Below, piece by piece: positions 16,975 through 27,900 of a stretch of DNA of 64,000 nt. The notes under the pieces are model-generated. The model saw only the letters and a program-made list of their open reading frames with translations, ran no database searches and was not told where the DNA came from. A program made the translations under genes and the position numbers. Within the stretch, counting starts at the first letter, position 1. Every line of letters starts with the position of its first letter. Source of the DNA: a virus (taxonomy: Duplodnaviria > Caudoviricetes). The stretch lies in IMG/VR virus record IMGVR_UViG_3300032365_000024, positions 8,350 to 72,349 of that record; one strand, 5' to 3'.

Positions 16975-17670
16975 TTAAAGTCTAAGATCTCGTGGATGTA
17001 TCGAGAATCCGCACGATCCACAAAGCATGACTCGTTGACCTGCTCGATAAACACGAGGTTTTAATATACCCCTACAACGTGGACAATATAAAATACCGGA
17101 TGTCTTTTCTTTTTGTGTTACTCGATATCGACGTTTTGAATCTTTCCAATAAATAGCAAATCGACGCCCTGTTTCATATAAATTTGCGACTGTTCTACGA
17201 ACAGTATCATCACCATATATATCAGATAAGGCATATGAAATTCGTTCATATGCCTCAATTTCATCTAAACCATAATGCGCTGCTTTACAAGCAGCTCTAT
17301 ACACTGGCATCGTTTGTAATTCAAATTGTTTCACAACACGTGAAGCTAATGAATTACGCCATTTCTCATCTGCTTTAGTTACAGCTGGATCATTAATATT
17401 ACGAGAACCTTCCCAAGAAGAATATGATTGATCACAAGAAGATGGAATAAAATCTTCAGAGGTATCACGAATTAATTCAGATGCTCTTTCTTGTTCTTGA
17501 CCCCATGGCCATTGTACTGATACTACACCAGTAGCAGTATTAGAATATAGAACACGCCCCACATACGGACTCATGAAGCGCCCGTTTAGTCCAGGCTTCC
17601 GGACTACATCGCCCGTATTGAAATCACGAGCGACGAGTTGATCATCTACAAAAGCAGTTCGGTATCCCAT
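16975..17670 (-). CDS. Hypothetical head-module protein with C-terminal Zn ribbon
   Basis: SH3-like N-terminal part (GDVV...GRV...VSVQWP); C-terminal CPRC...CGSC. Confidence 0.65.
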   Translation of the reverse strand: MGYRTAFVDDQLVARDFNTGDVVRKPGLNGRFMSPYVGRVLYSNTATGVVSVQWPWGQEQERASELIRDTSEDFIPSSCDQSYSSWEGSRNINDPAVTKADEKWRNSLASRVVKQFELQTMPVYRAACKAAHYGLDEIEAYERISYALSDIYGDDTVRRTVANLYETGRRFAIYWKDSKRRYRVTQKEKTSGILYCPRCRGILKPRVYRAGQRVMLCGSCGFSIHPRDLRL

Positions 17671-17703
17671 CTATCCTACTCCCGAGGAAGAGGAAAGATT
17701 AAT

Positions 17704-18225
17704 TCAAGCCCATTGTTTTTCGGGAACCGAATTTGACTTAGGTAATGTCGATCCTTGCTTAGTGCTCTTGCCAGCTGGACCACGCGGCCATGAGGGTTGG
17801 CGCTTAACCGGATTGGCATGTTCACTAAGGTCACGAACAGCGAATTCATCGCGATCAGATACCGTTGATGTCTGATCTTGATCGTAGCTATCCATTGCCT
17901 TATTATTAAAGGACGCTGGAGTCCTATGCATATAGGACTCATCTGCATCACTCTGGATTACCTTATTTGGATTATCAAAGGTATCCATGAACTTTTCATC
18001 TGCATCCCGTTGAATAACTTTCGCAAACTTCGCTTGATGGCGCTCAAACGATTCCTTGCCGAAAGCGGCAATTTGGAATTTATCAGAAAAACCATCAATT
18101 TCTTTAACAAGACCGGCAATAATACTTTGATCAACTTTGCCCGTCTTTGCGAGCTCTTCGAGCCGATTCGCAGTATGATCGAGTGAAGTCAAAATCTTAT
18201 TGGCTAGTTGCTTCTGCATGGGCAT
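17704..18225 (-). CDS. Hypothetical abundant head protein (173 aa)
   Basis: SD GGAG; C-ending codon bias like the MCP gene; located between portal and protease. Confidence 0.6.
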   Translation of the reverse strand: MPMQKQLANKILTSLDHTANRLEELAKTGKVDQSIIAGLVKEIDGFSDKFQIAAFGKESFERHQAKFAKVIQRDADEKFMDTFDNPNKVIQSDADESYMHRTPASFNNKAMDSYDQDQTSTVSDRDEFAVRDLSEHANPVKRQPSWPRGPAGKSTKQGSTLPKSNSVPEKQWA

Positions 18226-18281
18226 GATCGATCTCCGGGGCTTTATCCTGAAAAAGATTATAGAAATTGTATCGCACTCAA

Positions 18282-19799
18282 TTACCAGTCAGAATCATCA
18301 ACACTGATATCTGAGGCTTTCTTACCTTTACCCTTACCAAATGGAGGAGCTTTTTTACCGCCAAATGGGGGAGCTTTTTTACCAGGTGATGGCTTTTTGC
18401 CCTTATCCTTCGGATTCGGGTCCTTCTTATCATCATCTTCTGGCTTCTTCTTATCGCCTTGAGAAGTCTTCTTTTTCTTCGCTTTATCGACCTTCTTCTT
18501 AGCAGTTATAAGAAGAGACTTGAGTATCTCACGAGTTTCTGGAATTTCATGAACAAGTTTAACAAGTGTAGCAATATTAACTCGTATTGAAGCTGTCTTA
18601 GCTTTTGTGGCACTCTCCTGAACGATACCAATAAGTTCTTCAATACCCCGTATAAGATCTTCTGCCTGCTCGTCGGTGATTGCTGCTGGCTCCCCCATAC
18701 TTTTGAGTGAATCTTCAACCTTTTTAACTTCAGGTTTAATTGAATTAATAAGTTTGACTACCTCCTCATCAGACATATCAGCAATTGATTCAAGTTCAAT
18801 AGGATCAACATCAGCAGCTATACGACTAGAAGCTGCATGAACACAATTTAGAAGTTTGCCCAAAACTTCAGCAAGGTCTTCTCCATCTCGAACTTTCGTA
18901 ATAAGATCAAGCTGTTTTTTAACTTCCGGAGCACTAAGCTTGCCACTCTGTTGTTCCTGCTGCCCTTGCTGCTCCTGGGCACATGGAGCCTGTTGATCTT
19001 GTTGCTGGGCACATGGAGCTTGTTGCTCTTGAGTAAAGAATTGCTGTCCCTGTTGTTGTTCAGCAGTTCTAATACCTTCCAAATTCTTCAATATACTAAA
19101 GGCGATTTTAGGATATGATTTCCTTAAACTATCAGCGATAGCAACAAGATTTTTATAATTTTGTGCAGTCATTGTTGAAGCCTTTTTCGCCTTTCCACCT
19201 ACAAATGTTTCAGAAAACAAATCATCTTCTGATCCAGTAAGATTAACTAAAAGCATATTATACGTCTCAGGATCAATTTTTCCAGCGTATAAATTTGAAT
19301 CAGCTGTTTGGATAGCTATATCCAAAGCAGCTCTGAACCTAGCATCAGGGGACCCTCCGTCCCATCCATATTTAATCCAATCACTATTCAATAATTCTTT
19401 AGCCGATGAAATAATAGAATCATAGCGTTCTTTACCAAAATATCGTTTATCAATAGAATGATATCCGGTATTTGTGGGTCCAGATGGGTGACCCTGTTGA
19501 AGTACACCATGATATTCAGCTGTACGAGCAGTCATATTTTCGGATCGAAATGCTTTATTAGAAGCTGCTATATTAGGAATGATCATAATCTTAAGTGCAA
19601 TATCAGATAAATTATTTATAAATGATTTTTTACTCTTTAAATCTTTATCATCTACTTTCATACGTCTTCGTCTATTATCAAATTTTGGTCCACGTTTTGA
19701 TTTATACTTTCTACATGGAGGAGGTTTCTTACTGATAAGTCTCTCCGTTTCTTCATCATCTTTTTCAGCAGGAGTTAATGACGTATCAGCGATATGCAT
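18282..19799 (-). CDS. Hypothetical inner-head protein with Q-rich, acidic and Lys-rich segments (505 aa)
   Basis: Directly downstream of portal; QQAPCAQ repeats; KKAPPFG repeats; several KKAS/RTAE motifs. Confidence 0.6.
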   Translation of the reverse strand: MHIADTSLTPAEKDDEETERLISKKPPPCRKYKSKRGPKFDNRRRRMKVDDKDLKSKKSFINNLSDIALKIMIIPNIAASNKAFRSENMTARTAEYHGVLQQGHPSGPTNTGYHSIDKRYFGKERYDSIISSAKELLNSDWIKYGWDGGSPDARFRAALDIAIQTADSNLYAGKIDPETYNMLLVNLTGSEDDLFSETFVGGKAKKASTMTAQNYKNLVAIADSLRKSYPKIAFSILKNLEGIRTAEQQQGQQFFTQEQQAPCAQQQDQQAPCAQEQQGQQEQQSGKLSAPEVKKQLDLITKVRDGEDLAEVLGKLLNCVHAASSRIAADVDPIELESIADMSDEEVVKLINSIKPEVKKVEDSLKSMGEPAAITDEQAEDLIRGIEELIGIVQESATKAKTASIRVNIATLVKLVHEIPETREILKSLLITAKKKVDKAKKKKTSQGDKKKPEDDDKKDPNPKDKGKKPSPGKKAPPFGGKKAPPFGKGKGKKASDISVDDSDW

Positions 19800-19819
19800 A
19801 TCTTAATATATTAGGATCA

Positions 19820-22800
19820 TTAAGATTCTCTATCTTTATCAAAACGTCCTTCACCTCTAATTATAGTAAGACCAGAACTCTTAGCAAGTTTTTCTAAAAC
19901 GTCTGTCTTTGTTGCTGCATCATCACCAGCCTTAGATAAAATAGCACGGACAAATTCATTATAATTTGCATCATTCGGTGTAAATAAATCGGTCTTTAAT
20001 TGATCTAATGCCTCATCTGCATCAATATTTAATAACTCAAGAATAAATCTAATTGGTAAAGCTCCCTTTTGGAAAAGATTAAACATAAAGTCTTGAAGTT
20101 CTGTATTATCACGTAATGCCAATCGTGTAAATTGGAGTTTTGGATACAATAAAACTTTATTTCCGAATTCGTCTATTTCAAAGAAACCTTTCTTTTCAGC
20201 TACTGGTGCAAATAAATATTGTTCAACAAATTCTGCTATAGTTTCACGATATAATAGATACATTGTATTCATTACGTCTAAGTGAATACGTTCACCAGAA
20301 TATGAAGATTCTCCCGTTAGCATGGATTCCGTAATGCGTAAACCTATAAATAATAATTTATTTGTGATGTCATATTCGGTACTTAAATCAAGTAAACGAT
20401 CACGAGATCCAACTTCATCCCAATGAACTTCGAAGTTAGTAACAACAGTAAAATCAGGATCAATTATAGCTTGTTCAATTTGATCACGCAAAGCTTCAAC
20501 ATCAACTTCAGACATTTTATCCGCCCAAACAACCCGCTTCGGGGTCATAGCCCGTGAAGCAATGCTTGTTTGTGCCTGTCGAAGTTTGTCTTGATATGTA
20601 AGTGTACGTAAGCAATTATATGTATGTGTAAAATTAGCAAAGAAAGAATGATCTTCCGATACATTCATACTATATACTAAGCCATCATATTTTTGATTAC
20701 TAATTGATTTAATAGGTAAATATAAATAATTATTATATATAATATGCTTCTTTCCAGAATCTGATCGTCTTTGAATATCTATACTATTTAATTTTACGGA
20801 TCTGCCATCTTTAAGAACTAATAAATCGTTAGAACATCCGAATACTATAGAATACTGAGCTTTGGCGTCTGATATTTCTCCATTTGCTTGTTTAACTCTT
20901 CTTTTTTCTTTAAATCTTCTAGAAGGAGATAAACCAATGCCATAGGATAAAATTTGTAACTGATCAATAAGGTCTTTAGTTGTCATACAAATTGATGCAT
21001 CAATATATTCTGATTGATTTTTATACTTACTAACCCATCCATCTGAATCAAATAACCCATTCAGTAGTCCTATTTTAAATCCCTCTGGTGCAGAAAATAC
21101 CCATTCAGGTAAATGTTTATCTTTCTTATTATGACCAAAATTTCTGCCAAGCCAACGATTAAACCAATCTGTAGTTATACTAAACCTGTTTATTGTATTC
21201 TGATGGGATATTTCACCAATACTTAAACCAATATTGTTTATAATTTGTTGAATATACGCAACTGATTTAACACTATTTATAGTATTGCGACAATAACAAA
21301 TACCAGATGGTCCATATAATGTAGGAGTTTTTCTATGTTCTATCCATCCATCTCCTAAGAAATATCCAATTAAATACCCAAATTCTTTTGTCAATTTAAG
21401 TTCTGACGGACATTCTTGTTCTTCAATTTTTTGATATAATTTCAAAGTATCTATTTTAGCTGGTCGGAAAAGACGTCCTTTGACTTTATACTTTGATCTT
21501 TCATTTATAACTATTGGAGTCTCATATCCAATAAAAGCAAGATCTCGTATAATGGCTCTGTAAACAGAATCTCCCATACCCATAAAAATAGCTCTAAAAT
21601 CTTCTGAAACTAAAACAATCTCTTCCTTTAGAGAACTAATCCAATTTGCTACTTGTGATAATAAATTTGTCCGATTAGTTCTTTGTGGATTTTCATCCAT
21701 CCATGAATGTCTCAGGATAAGTTTATCTCCTCTATACTCTGGACATATATCTACTGATCGAATATCTTTAGAATCACGATGTTCGTATGTCCATTTTTCC
21801 TCAGAAAAGAATTTATATAAATCTATTTTATCAATTGTATGATCTGATTTAATAGAAGGAGTTCTAATGAAATCATTATCTTTAATATCTTTAGCTAAAA
21901 TCTGTACTTCTTGATTATCTCTTAATACTGATATTTTATGATCTGGAGTACATCGGATAGAATCATAAAGTTTATGAAAATTTAATTCAACAATATCACC
22001 TGAATATTGTCTTGATCCATATTCAAATTTTCTCCAATTCCCTGACCCGCCAAGTACCTCATCATATTCAGGATCAAGCGTCTCAATCGGGACTTGTAAG
22101 ATCTGTCCATCACGGCGAACAGTAACTTCAGTTCCAGGAAGATGGCATCTTTCCAATAATGAAATACCACGGTCATCATATGCTGATTTCTTATGTGCTA
22201 AATGATAACAAAATGATGAACATAAAAAGTCATCATATGGACTAACATTAAGTGGAATAGGTTGGCCACTCAATAAGTTTTCACGAATTTGTTCAGGTAT
22301 ATCCTCAGCGATTTTTATTGCATCTGGATCGCTCTGTTCCATCGCCTTCATAACGACGTTTCTATCCTTCGTAGAAGGAATGAGCTCCATTTTAGCGCGA
22401 TTAGTATATTGAAAAACCTCTAATTTTATCTGTTCTGGTGGAAGAATTTGTAGACGTTCCCAACCCCTATAATTTTTAGCTACATATTCACGAATATTTA
22501 CTTGCTGTTCGGTTTCTGACTTTGGTGTGTATTTACGTTCCTTCTTACGAACAGCACGACCAGCATAATCTATTTCCCCAACCTCTTCCTCTTTAATATC
22601 ATGTAAAAGACTCTCAGGGATATCCTCTGTCATATCATGATCTTCAGCAAAAATAAAAACATTTCCATGCAACCAATACTCATGTGTCGCATCATATAAG
22701 GTTTGAAATAATCTAACCCTATTACACATTTGTGTATAAAAATGTAAGATTTGTTTATTTTTAGCCGTATCCTTCCCTTTTGGAAGAGAAAGACGAATCT

Positions 22801-24289
22801 TTGACATTGGGACATCGGTGTGGAAGTCTATTGCCGCACCGACAATAGGATGTGTATTATGAGTGGCTAATCCATAAGCTATGTAACTCTTACCATCCCC
22901 ATCACAATCAACTTCAAAATTATATACTGGACCTTCATATGAAATGGCCTCAAGTTCTTCAATTCGATGCAAAAAACCATATTCTGATTTAACTACATAT
23001 ACTCGAGTTGAACTAGCCGTATAACTACCAGAGACAAAATTAGCATATTTACTAAATACGTCATAATATCTACCAGGAAATGATACATAATGGACAGTTC
23101 CTGGTGGAAAGATGTGGCCATTTATATTTCTTTCAGGCTTGTCATACTTAGAGTTATGTGATGGGATTCTCAAACGCAGCAGCATATTGTGAACTTGAGA
23201 AGCCAAATCCTCACTCATAGTATCAATAGTATATGAATTATCAGTAAAACACCCATCCCCATTCCAGTATGCTCCGAGGAATTCAAGCATCTGCTCGGAA
23301 TTAGCATGAACTATATCTTCATGAAGGTGTTTTTCATGAGAACCACAACCGACATATTTATTACAAAATTTTGCAAACCCAACCCCGTCACATACAACCT
23401 TTGTTGTATGTCTCACTTCATCAGTATAAATACGAGCTTTTTTACCAAAGGCCCTGAAATACATATCCTGTATTTCCACGGCAATAGTTGTAGCTTCATC
23501 CAGTGACAGTGAAAATTCAACCCCCCGAACTACACCGGCGCTACGATATGCAAACGATCCCTCAGCTGCATAATAACCAAGAAGACGTAGCTTGTCGCGT
23601 GACAAGCCGCAATCTTTAGATCCACCCATCCATGGAGCTACAATATAGTCTCCAACTTGGAGATCCTTGACATAAATATATTCAGGCTTTATGAATGCAG
23701 TATCAAAGCATTTTGTTCTACAACAAATAGAATTTTCACCTGACTTGCAAGCATCTGGAACCCAACGACAATCAACATCTTCCGCATGTAACACATAGAA
23801 TGGGTGGTTACCAGTCGCAAAAATCTCTGATTGAACACCACGAACCTTCATCCGAACAATATTATCAGATATGTCGCACTTAAATAACTTGGAAACTTTT
23901 ACTTGTTCCCCAAGTCCGTTAGGAACTGAGTCACCAACCGTTATCTCTTCTATAGGAACCGTCGTTCCATCCCACGTAGTAACCGGAGCCCCCGGTGGAA
24001 AACAAGTATACCAAAAACGAAATAATTCACGCTTCTCTCGATCAGATTGAGGAAGTTCTAAGAAGTCTGTGGATAATTGTGGACTGTAAAAATTAGAATC
24101 CGCATCACGAATTGATGCAGATGAATTGCCGAAATCATTATTAAAAGCAGCAATTCTAATGGATTGAGATGCTTCTCGTCTTGCAAGTTTTTCAAGCTTA
24201 GTAAGTCTACTACGTTTACGCGGCTGCGTATCAACCGTAGCAACAGGCATTGCTTGAACTTCTGGTTGGATTGCGACCTTTTTCTTCAT
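19820..24289 (-). CDS. Portal protein with two inteins (about 595 aa after splicing)
   Basis: Downstream of TerL; exteins FRFWYT|THPIVGAAIDFH and RGISLLER|CLRTL.YQDKL resemble large-phage portal motifs; mature size is plausible. Confidence 0.8.
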   Translation of the reverse strand: MKKKVAIQPEVQAMPVATVDTQPRKRSRLTKLEKLARREASQSIRIAAFNNDFGNSSASIRDADSNFYSPQLSTDFLELPQSDREKRELFRFWYTCFPPGAPVTTWDGTTVPIEEITVGDSVPNGLGEQVKVSKLFKCDISDNIVRMKVRGVQSEIFATGNHPFYVLHAEDVDCRWVPDACKSGENSICCRTKCFDTAFIKPEYIYVKDLQVGDYIVAPWMGGSKDCGLSRDKLRLLGYYAAEGSFAYRSAGVVRGVEFSLSLDEATTIAVEIQDMYFRAFGKKARIYTDEVRHTTKVVCDGVGFAKFCNKYVGCGSHEKHLHEDIVHANSEQMLEFLGAYWNGDGCFTDNSYTIDTMSEDLASQVHNMLLRLRIPSHNSKYDKPERNINGHIFPPGTVHYVSFPGRYYDVFSKYANFVSGSYTASSTRVYVVKSEYGFLHRIEELEAISYEGPVYNFEVDCDGDGKSYIAYGLATHNTHPIVGAAIDFHTDVPMSKIRLSLPKGKDTAKNKQILHFYTQMCNRVRLFQTLYDATHEYWLHGNVFIFAEDHDMTEDIPESLLHDIKEEEVGEIDYAGRAVRKKERKYTPKSETEQQVNIREYVAKNYRGWERLQILPPEQIKLEVFQYTNRAKMELIPSTKDRNVVMKAMEQSDPDAIKIAEDIPEQIRENLLSGQPIPLNVSPYDDFLCSSFCYHLAHKKSAYDDRGISLLERCHLPGTEVTVRRDGQILQVPIETLDPEYDEVLGGSGNWRKFEYGSRQYSGDIVELNFHKLYDSIRCTPDHKISVLRDNQEVQILAKDIKDNDFIRTPSIKSDHTIDKIDLYKFFSEEKWTYEHRDSKDIRSVDICPEYRGDKLILRHSWMDENPQRTNRTNLLSQVANWISSLKEEIVLVSEDFRAIFMGMGDSVYRAIIRDLAFIGYETPIVINERSKYKVKGRLFRPAKIDTLKLYQKIEEQECPSELKLTKEFGYLIGYFLGDGWIEHRKTPTLYGPSGICYCRNTINSVKSVAYIQQIINNIGLSIGEISHQNTINRFSITTDWFNRWLGRNFGHNKKDKHLPEWVFSAPEGFKIGLLNGLFDSDGWVSKYKNQSEYIDASICMTTKDLIDQLQILSYGIGLSPSRRFKEKRRVKQANGEISDAKAQYSIVFGCSNDLLVLKDGRSVKLNSIDIQRRSDSGKKHIIYNNYLYLPIKSISNQKYDGLVYSMNVSEDHSFFANFTHTYNCLRTLTYQDKLRQAQTSIASRAMTPKRVVWADKMSEVDVEALRDQIEQAIIDPDFTVVTNFEVHWDEVGSRDRLLDLSTEYDITNKLLFIGLRITESMLTGESSYSGERIHLDVMNTMYLLYRETIAEFVEQYLFAPVAEKKGFFEIDEFGNKVLLYPKLQFTRLALRDNTELQDFMFNLFQKGALPIRFILELLNIDADEALDQLKTDLFTPNDANYNEFVRAILSKAGDDAATKTDVLEKLAKSSGLTIIRGEGRFDKDRES
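20615..22147 (-). mobile_element. Portal intein 2 (511 aa, LAGLIDADG)
   Basis: Starts CHLPGTEV; CTPDHKI; LIGYFLGDG and LLNGLFDSDG; ends HSFFANFTHTYN; +1 Cys. Confidence 0.9.
22856..24004 (-). mobile_element. Portal intein 1 (383 aa, LAGLIDADG)
   Basis: Starts CFPPGAPVTTWDG; ATGNHPF; LLGYYAAEG and FLGAYWNGDG; ends GLATHN; +1 Thr. Confidence 0.92.
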
Positions 24290-24321
24290 GGTCTAAACAA
24301 TCATATTTCGCAAAAAGCGTA

Positions 24322-24717
24322 TCATTCTCTGGTTAGATTCGGGTCCATAACGGCCTGACGAATATCTCCCATGGTCAATGTTTGTGTTCGAGTAGTATCT
24401 CGAACAAGACTAGAAAGTCGGTTGTTTATACCAGTTACAACAGTAAGAACAGATCTAATATGTAATTTCTGAGCTACCATCCCATATTTAGTATATGGTG
24501 ATCGATTACATATATCCAAAAAATTTTTATAAAGTGAAAGAGCTTCCCTTAAAATAGATGACGCCGCATGAATCTTTTTACGAGCAGCCTCATATAGTAT
24601 TATTGCGTCATTCAAATCTCTTTCTCGCTCTCGAATTTCCCTATCAGTTAGTTTAAGAATTTCAGTTTTCTCCCTTAGTTTAGATAATTTATCTGAAATT
24701 GAAGTCATAACAAACAT
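24322..24717 (-). CDS. Hypothetical coiled-coil protein (131 aa)
   Basis: TAATG-coupled to the upstream ORF, between TerL and portal. Confidence 0.55.
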   Translation of the reverse strand: MFVMTSISDKLSKLREKTEILKLTDREIRERERDLNDAIILYEAARKKIHAASSILREALSLYKNFLDICNRSPYTKYGMVAQKLHIRSVLTVVTGINNRLSSLVRDTTRTQTLTMGDIRQAVMDPNLTRE

Positions 24718-24965
24718 TACCTACAGTTAGTTGTATTGAAAATACTTCGATAGTTTATAAATGCTTCTAATATATCTTCAAGAATTTTAGCATTCTTCAT
24801 ATCACCTGCCATAATTCCTTCCCAAGTCCCACCACGATTCATATAAATATTAAAAATAACAACAAATTCATCTGAGGATATTTTTTCATCCTCTCCATAT
24901 ATATGATCCATCATTTGACGGGTTATTTTATATGCAGTTGTATCTTTTATACCAGCGCGTTCCAC
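24717..24965 (-). CDS. Hypothetical protein (82 aa, GTG start)
   Basis: Fills the gap between TerL and the 24322 ORF. Confidence 0.5.
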   Translation of the reverse strand: MERAGIKDTTAYKITRQMMDHIYGEDEKISSDEFVVIFNIYMNRGGTWEGIMAGDMKNAKILEDILEAFINYRSIFNTTNCR

Positions 24966-24987
24966 AATATTATTTTTTAGTGGAAGT

Positions 24988-27900
24988 TCAGCGATTCCGG
25001 GGTATCATTCTTTCACGAATAACCCCATGTATTTTATTCCGCATCCGATGATAACTATTATACCCAGCAAATGATCGGGCTAATGAAATTTCATTCCCGT
25101 TTTTAGCACCAGAAACTAAAGCAGATGGATTTAAGCATAAATATTCTGATGCCAATAAAACTGATCGAGCAATAGCATCTGATTGATCATCATGTTTACC
25201 TGCTATTTTCGGTGCTTCTACAATAGTTATATTTTTACCACCAGATGTTGCCTGCAATTCAAGAATTTCTTCAATAATTGGAGAATGTTTAACTCCTGAT
25301 TCACCACCTTCTGGTAATGGCCAATCATAAAGTCTAAGCTGTTGATTTAGCATAAACATTCGAAATGTGTTATACATTTGTGAAGAATCTGAAGTAAAGA
25401 AATTTCGCATTTCAAATTGCTTCAAGTTATGTTTATGCAATACCTGTTCGAAAACAGGACCAGCCCATTGATCAAAAACTCCTTTATGAATATAAAATCT
25501 ACGGGATAAAGCAAAAAACCATTCAGCAATTGATTCCATATCAAGACGTTTAACATCTTGCAATTTCAAACAATATGGAATAACTGGCGTACTTAGATGC
25601 GGATTACTCTCCTTCCACGATTTTTTCGGATACCAAATTTCATGGTATACTAATTCAATTTTTCCCTCATTTATACGAGTTAATACGATACTTGTTCCGT
25701 CATTAACTAAACCAAAGTCAACACCAGCAAAATGTATTTCTCGAGGGTTACCACGTAATTTTGGACGTAAAACTGGATCAATACAATCAGTTAAATCTTT
25801 AGCATCTTCAATCCAACCACGAACACGATCTGAAAATTCTGCTCCATGTTCAGTCATAAAAGCACGTGGATCTTTAAAATATTCTTTTTCATAATAACTA
25901 CGATCAAGCGTCGGGTTTACCTCCCATGTCGGCGCCTGAATCATTAACATGTCTGAAGATCCTCTATCTCTAGACATGGCCATTTGATACTGCTGATATA
26001 AAAAGCCCTCACGTGCATCAGGTGAAGAAATAAGAATCATTCGACCTTCTGACGGCCCGATCGGTTTCTGACGATTTTTAACATCTTTAGGTGAAAACTG
26101 AGCAAGGGACGGATTCATTGCCCTATATATTTGACGTGCTGACGAATTGTGATTAGTTATGCCAGCTGCAACAAATTGATTTCCACACGGAACATAAATA
26201 TCATAAACATGATCCTCACATTCGCTAATACTAATAATCGGATCCCAAAAATAATGAGTATTACATATATGTTTTAAACAATGAATATCTTTATTGTCAA
26301 TACCAAGAATATTAATAAATTTTATAAATTTATTAATATTATCATAACATGAATTACTTAATTTTTTAGGATCTAAAGCTAAACCAAGTATTCTATATGT
26401 ACGTGTTCTATTATTAGTTAACCTTGGAATAGAAGAAAGTATTCTATGGAATCGTTTATTTTGATTAGGAACAGAATCAGATGCTTCTCGACCATTCAAT
26501 AAACCACGCAAAAGCTGATTATTCTTTCTATTAGTAATGAATCCAATATATTTAGCAAATCTTTTTCTTGATTCAAAACCACGAACTCTTAATATATATT
26601 TATCTGGTCTATATTTAACTGATGAAACTATTCCAAAATTAAGTAAAATGTATTGAACTTCATGGGCTAATTGATTACTAACAGTACAAAAACTAATAGT
26701 ACCACCATCATGTTCACATCCACCATCAGTTTCAAATAAACCAGATAAAAAAGCCGCTACAACAGATCGTGGACTTTGTAAAATTGACCACGGTATGTGT
26801 TTTGAACGGGGTTTAGAATAATCGTAACCAAGTTTATATAAAAATGTACGAAGAGGTCTTGAATTAACTGTTATATCCCAAAGAAATAATAAACATGTAG
26901 ATCTATCATTTATTTTTCTATGAATTTTGTGTCTTCCAAATAATTTATCAAAGAAACACTCAAGATACTCTCTAAATTCCTCACAACCACCAGTAACCTG
27001 AATACCATCATATCTAGTCCAAGATCCATCTCCAACTAAAATACCAAGCAATCTTCCATAATCTTCATTCAAAATAACTGGTAAATTAATAAATCCACGT
27101 CCATATATATCAACATTATCTAAATCAGTTTTATACCATCTTATGGTTTCATTAGATATAGGAGAACATAATTTATACTTTAATTTCCATTTACGAACAA
27201 TAGAATCAAGTCTAGATTTACGAAGTCCAAATCGTTTAGCAACAGTTTTCTTATTGATATCTACATATGATTCTATTGTCTTTATCCAAGAAGAAAAATT
27301 TTCTAATTCATGAAAATAAGGTTTCACTCCACATAATAAACAGTCATGTATATATTCTAATGTATTTACATATTTACTAGTCCATAAATATGTTTCTCTA
27401 TGTATACCAACAAAATCTCCAATTTTAAGTTCATCCAATCTCTTCCAAATAATACATCCATCATTAGACATAACACGAATACGATGATTAAAAGTACCAC
27501 CAAGTTCATATCCACATTTAGTAATTATATTTTTTACTGGCTTAATACCATTTATAAAAAATTTTGAAGAAAAATTATGTGAATTTACACCCTCTTGAGC
27601 AATTCTATGAATACAATTCTGTTCTTCAAATCCATTCAAATCTCCCAATTTCTCTATAGGTAATAATCCTTGTTCAGTTAATACAAGCGTACCCTTCTTT
27701 AAGCATCTACCATTATCAATAAAGAAGGCAATCTCATCAAGAATAGCACAAATTACACCACGACCACGTAAGCCCTTAGCAATAGAACTCTTGAATGAGG
27801 CAACAAGTGTCGAATTATGATTAGTAAACCCCTGAGATATAAATGATTCTCCATTTGGAACTGATAAATCATAAACTCTATTAGTAGAATTAGTAATACA

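Noticed and set aside
16490-16975. Group I intron around the GIY-YIG remnant
   Set aside because: Flanking genes are complete with their own stop and start, and no P/Q/R/S core elements were recognised.
3986-19820. A distinct late-promoter consensus (TTTATTAG-like) upstream of virion genes
   Set aside because: Candidate instances vary in sequence and spacing and cannot be told apart from AT-rich background without a motif-finding run.
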